Assembly (NCBI GenBank): GCA_963782055.1
Contig: CAWAIF010000003.1
Coordinates: 640,001 to 704,000 of the forward strand
Length of the DNA: 64,000 nt
Direction of reading: 5' to 3'
Origin: an uncultured delta proteobacterium
Lineage (GTDB): Bacteria > Myxococcota_A > Polyangia > Polyangiales > Polyangiaceae
Shown: positions 61,747 to 64,000 of the stretch, piece by piece
Layout of the letters: every line of letters begins with the position of its first letter
Position numbering within the stretch: the first letter of the stretch is position 1
Notes under the pieces: model-generated
Told to the model about the DNA's origin: nothing
The model's input: the letters and a program-made list of their open reading frames with translations, nothing else
Databases searched by the model: none
Program-made: the position numbers and the translations under genes

Positions 61747-62891
61747 CGCCGCTCTTGCGCCGTGCCACGCTCGTCCTGGGGCTCTTCTTCCCCGGCGTGG
61801 CAGGGTACCTGCTGGGTTGCGGCGGAGGACGGCAGGGTGCCGCTGACGCCAGCGTGCCGACAGGGACCGAGACCCCCCCCACACGCGACACCATGACGTT
61901 TGCCTTCGACCACATCTTCCTCGGCGACGCGTTGCCCGGCTTGCCAACTTCTCCCACGGCATGGGAGAAGTTCGGACACGACCGGGATCATCGCTGGACG
62001 AAGGCGGGCTCCACCGACGTCTGCACGCCCTGGCCTGGCGCTCCGCCGGACAACCAGGTAGACGCCGAGAATGGTGTGGACAATGCGTTCGGGAAGCTTG
62101 TGGTGCCTGCGGTGCAGCAGGTACTCGGTCTTACAGACCTTTCCGCCTCTATCACGGATGCGACCCTTGCGCTGGGGGTCTTCGCGCTTCAGCTTCGTGT
62201 GACCGGCCTGTCCTCGGATTCCAGACAGCTCTCTTTCGGACTGGTTGCCGACCTCTTCACGTCTGGAGAGTACCAGCAGGATGGCAGCGTGAACCCCGCC
62301 TTCGACACCACGACGGACTGGCCCGTCCTTCCCGACCTGCTCGTGGATCCGAACGATCTCTCCAAGGGCTCCCAGGATCATTTCGGCGACGCGTACATCG
62401 CCGGCGGCGCCTTCACCACGAGCGACGTCGTGTGGACCAATCCGGAGCCGCCGATCGCGATCGACCTGGTGTTCTCGGGCGTGCCCGTGAGCCTCACGAT
62501 CCATAACCCGCTGATCACGTTCGACCACTCGTCGCCGAGCACCGCGACGAACGGCATGATCGCCGGCGTGTTCGAGACGGCGCAGGTCCTCTCCGCCCTT
62601 CGCGCCATCTTTGGCCTGGCATCGCCGAGCCTCTGCGGCTCCACGTGGGACCAGGTGGCGACGCAGGTAGAGCAGGCGTCGGACATGCTGAGCGACGGCA
62701 CCAACGCGCCGGGGCAGCCGTGCGATGGCATCTCCTTCGGCATCGGGTTCACCGCGAGACAGATCGCCAACCCGACGCGCGTCGCGCCCCCTCACCCGGA
62801 CGCGGGCGACCCGTGCACGTGGGACGCGGGCACCGACGGGGGAGACGCGGGGACCGGAGAAGGCGGCGCGGCGGACGCCGGAGGGGACTGA
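61743..62891 (+). CDS. Hypothetical lipoprotein (myxobacterial type, DAG-rich tail)
   Basis: GTG start overlapping the upstream stop; LLGC lipobox; NGVDNAFG and CDGISFGIGF motifs. Confidence 0.75.
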   Translation: MTPLLRRATLVLGLFFPGVAGYLLGCGGGRQGAADASVPTGTETPPTRDTMTFAFDHIFLGDALPGLPTSPTAWEKFGHDRDHRWTKAGSTDVCTPWPGAPPDNQVDAENGVDNAFGKLVVPAVQQVLGLTDLSASITDATLALGVFALQLRVTGLSSDSRQLSFGLVADLFTSGEYQQDGSVNPAFDTTTDWPVLPDLLVDPNDLSKGSQDHFGDAYIAGGAFTTSDVVWTNPEPPIAIDLVFSGVPVSLTIHNPLITFDHSSPSTATNGMIAGVFETAQVLSALRAIFGLASPSLCGSTWDQVATQVEQASDMLSDGTNAPGQPCDGISFGIGFTARQIANPTRVAPPHPDAGDPCTWDAGTDGGDAGTGEGGAADAGGD

Positions 62892-62898
62892 GCCCCCG

Positions 62899-63207
62899 CT
62901 ACTTGATGACTTCCGGCTTCGGGGGCGCCATCCGCACCGACGGGTGAGCCGGTTGATGGGTCAACCAGTAGCCGGACAGGATCAGGATCACCACCAGGGC
63001 GATGCCGAGCAGCGCCTTCTGCACGGCGTCCGGCCCGGTCCGGGACACCAGGTCTCTCGCCGCCTCGCGCACTGCCTCGGGCTTGCCCTCCACGTCCAGC
63101 CTGGCCGCGCCGTCCCGCACCGCCCTGTAGTTCCCGGCGTCGAAGGACTCGAGCATGGCGTCCAGGTCGGGATCCTCGGGGTACGTCTCGGCGAAGCGGG
63201 GGCGCAT
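62899..63207 (-). CDS. Hypothetical single-pass membrane protein
   Basis: GC3-rich ORF; helical N-terminus, one TM, Pro-rich tail. Confidence 0.65.
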   Translation of the reverse strand: MRPRFAETYPEDPDLDAMLESFDAGNYRAVRDGAARLDVEGKPEAVREAARDLVSRTGPDAVQKALLGIALVVILILSGYWLTHQPAHPSVRMAPPKPEVIK

Positions 63208-63239
63208 GGAGCAGACCATGGAGTAGACTTCTTTCCGCC

Positions 63240-64000
63240 ATGCGCAAGCTTCTCTTCTCGCTGGGCGTCGCCGGGGCCCTGGCGTTCTCCGCGTGCTCCA
63301 GCACGCCCCCGCCCATCCACTCCATCTTCGTCGCCCCGCAGTCGGTCTCCGACCTGCAGGGCACCGCGTACCTCGATCACCCCTTCCCGAGCGACGTTCG
63401 CCGTGACGCGAGCGGGCACGTGGTCATCGACGGGATGTTCAACCCGAGCCTCAACATCACCGTCCAGCGCTACGAGACGGTGACCGACGGGCTGCTCGAC
63501 GGCTTCTCGCCCGCCGCCGCGGCGTACTTCCGGTTCGACGGGGAGCTGGATCCCGCCTCGCTCCCCGCGTCGCCGCCCGACTCGCTCTCACCGACCTCGA
63601 CCGTGCAGATCGTGGACGTGGACCCGAGCTCGCCGGAGGAGGGGCAGCGCAAGCTGCTGCAGTGGTACTGGCGCAAAGACGAGGGGATGTACTGGCTGCC
63701 GGACACGCTCGCGGTCGCGCCCGCGCACGGCTACCCGCTGCGCCCGCACACGCAGTACGCGATCGTCGTCACGCGCGCGGCGCGCTCCGTCGACGGCGGA
63801 GGCGTGGTGCCCAGCGCCGACCTGATGGAGGTGCTCGGCCTGACCGCGCCCACCGACCGCACCGCCGCGGTCCGCGAGACCTTCGGCCCGGCGATCCAGG
63901 AGCTGTCCTCGCTCGGGCTCGGCCCGGAGAGCATCGCGCAGCTCACCGTCTTCACCACCAACAATCCCACCCGGGAGCTCTTCAAGATCGCCGACACGAT
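63240..64000 (+). CDS. Lipoprotein, 5' part only (N-terminal domain typical of Ig-like + lipase/hydrolase proteins); runs off the window and is absent from the ORF track
   Basis: Hand translation MRKLLFSLGVAGALAFSAC..HPFPSD..LDGFSP..PLRPHTQYAIVVT..VFTT, with no stop before 64000. Confidence 0.75.
   Translation, partial: MRKLLFSLGVAGALAFSACSSTPPPIHSIFVAPQSVSDLQGTAYLDHPFPSDVRRDASGHVVIDGMFNPSLNITVQRYETVTDGLLDGFSPAAAAYFRFDGELDPASLPASPPDSLSPTSTVQIVDVDPSSPEEGQRKLLQWYWRKDEGMYWLPDTLAVAPAHGYPLRPHTQYAIVVTRAARSVDGGGVVPSADLMEVLGLTAPTDRTAAVRETFGPAIQELSSLGLGPESIAQLTVFTTNNPTRELFKIADT

Overview
Very high-GC (roughly 70-75% by eye), gene-dense bacterial chromosome segment. The gene repertoire points to Myxococcota, probably Polyangia-like (inference): Ser/Thr kinases, many Cys-rich and DAG/DSG-linker lipoproteins, a myxobacterial-type pilin and sigma54 promoters. 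About 55 CDSs are supported. Housekeeping genes include metG, pdp, an aminotransferase, mrp, pyrD and two tatA copies (one missing from the ORF track). Also present are a two-component system with a TolC/MFP/RND efflux operon whose RND gene has a +1 frameshift, an ABC exporter, a lipid-modification-like cluster (AstA-like, hydrolase, acyltransferase, GMC oxidoreductase, di-iron protein, TetR, desaturase), tandem cupredoxin lipoproteins and a decayed ZnuA-like remnant. No rRNA, tRNA, CRISPR, transposase or integrase was recognised. The main non-coding signals are two. (1) A modular palindromic repeat family occurs as a 4 x 128-bp tandem array (59663-60174) plus three diverged dispersed copies. 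One copy shows compensatory base-pair changes, and three of the four loci start exactly at a TGA stop codon. (2) An AT-rich quasi-palindrome TGYAKCATACA recurs inside three unrelated coding genes, encoded with rare codons. Functional calls are from motif recognition only; no database searches were run.
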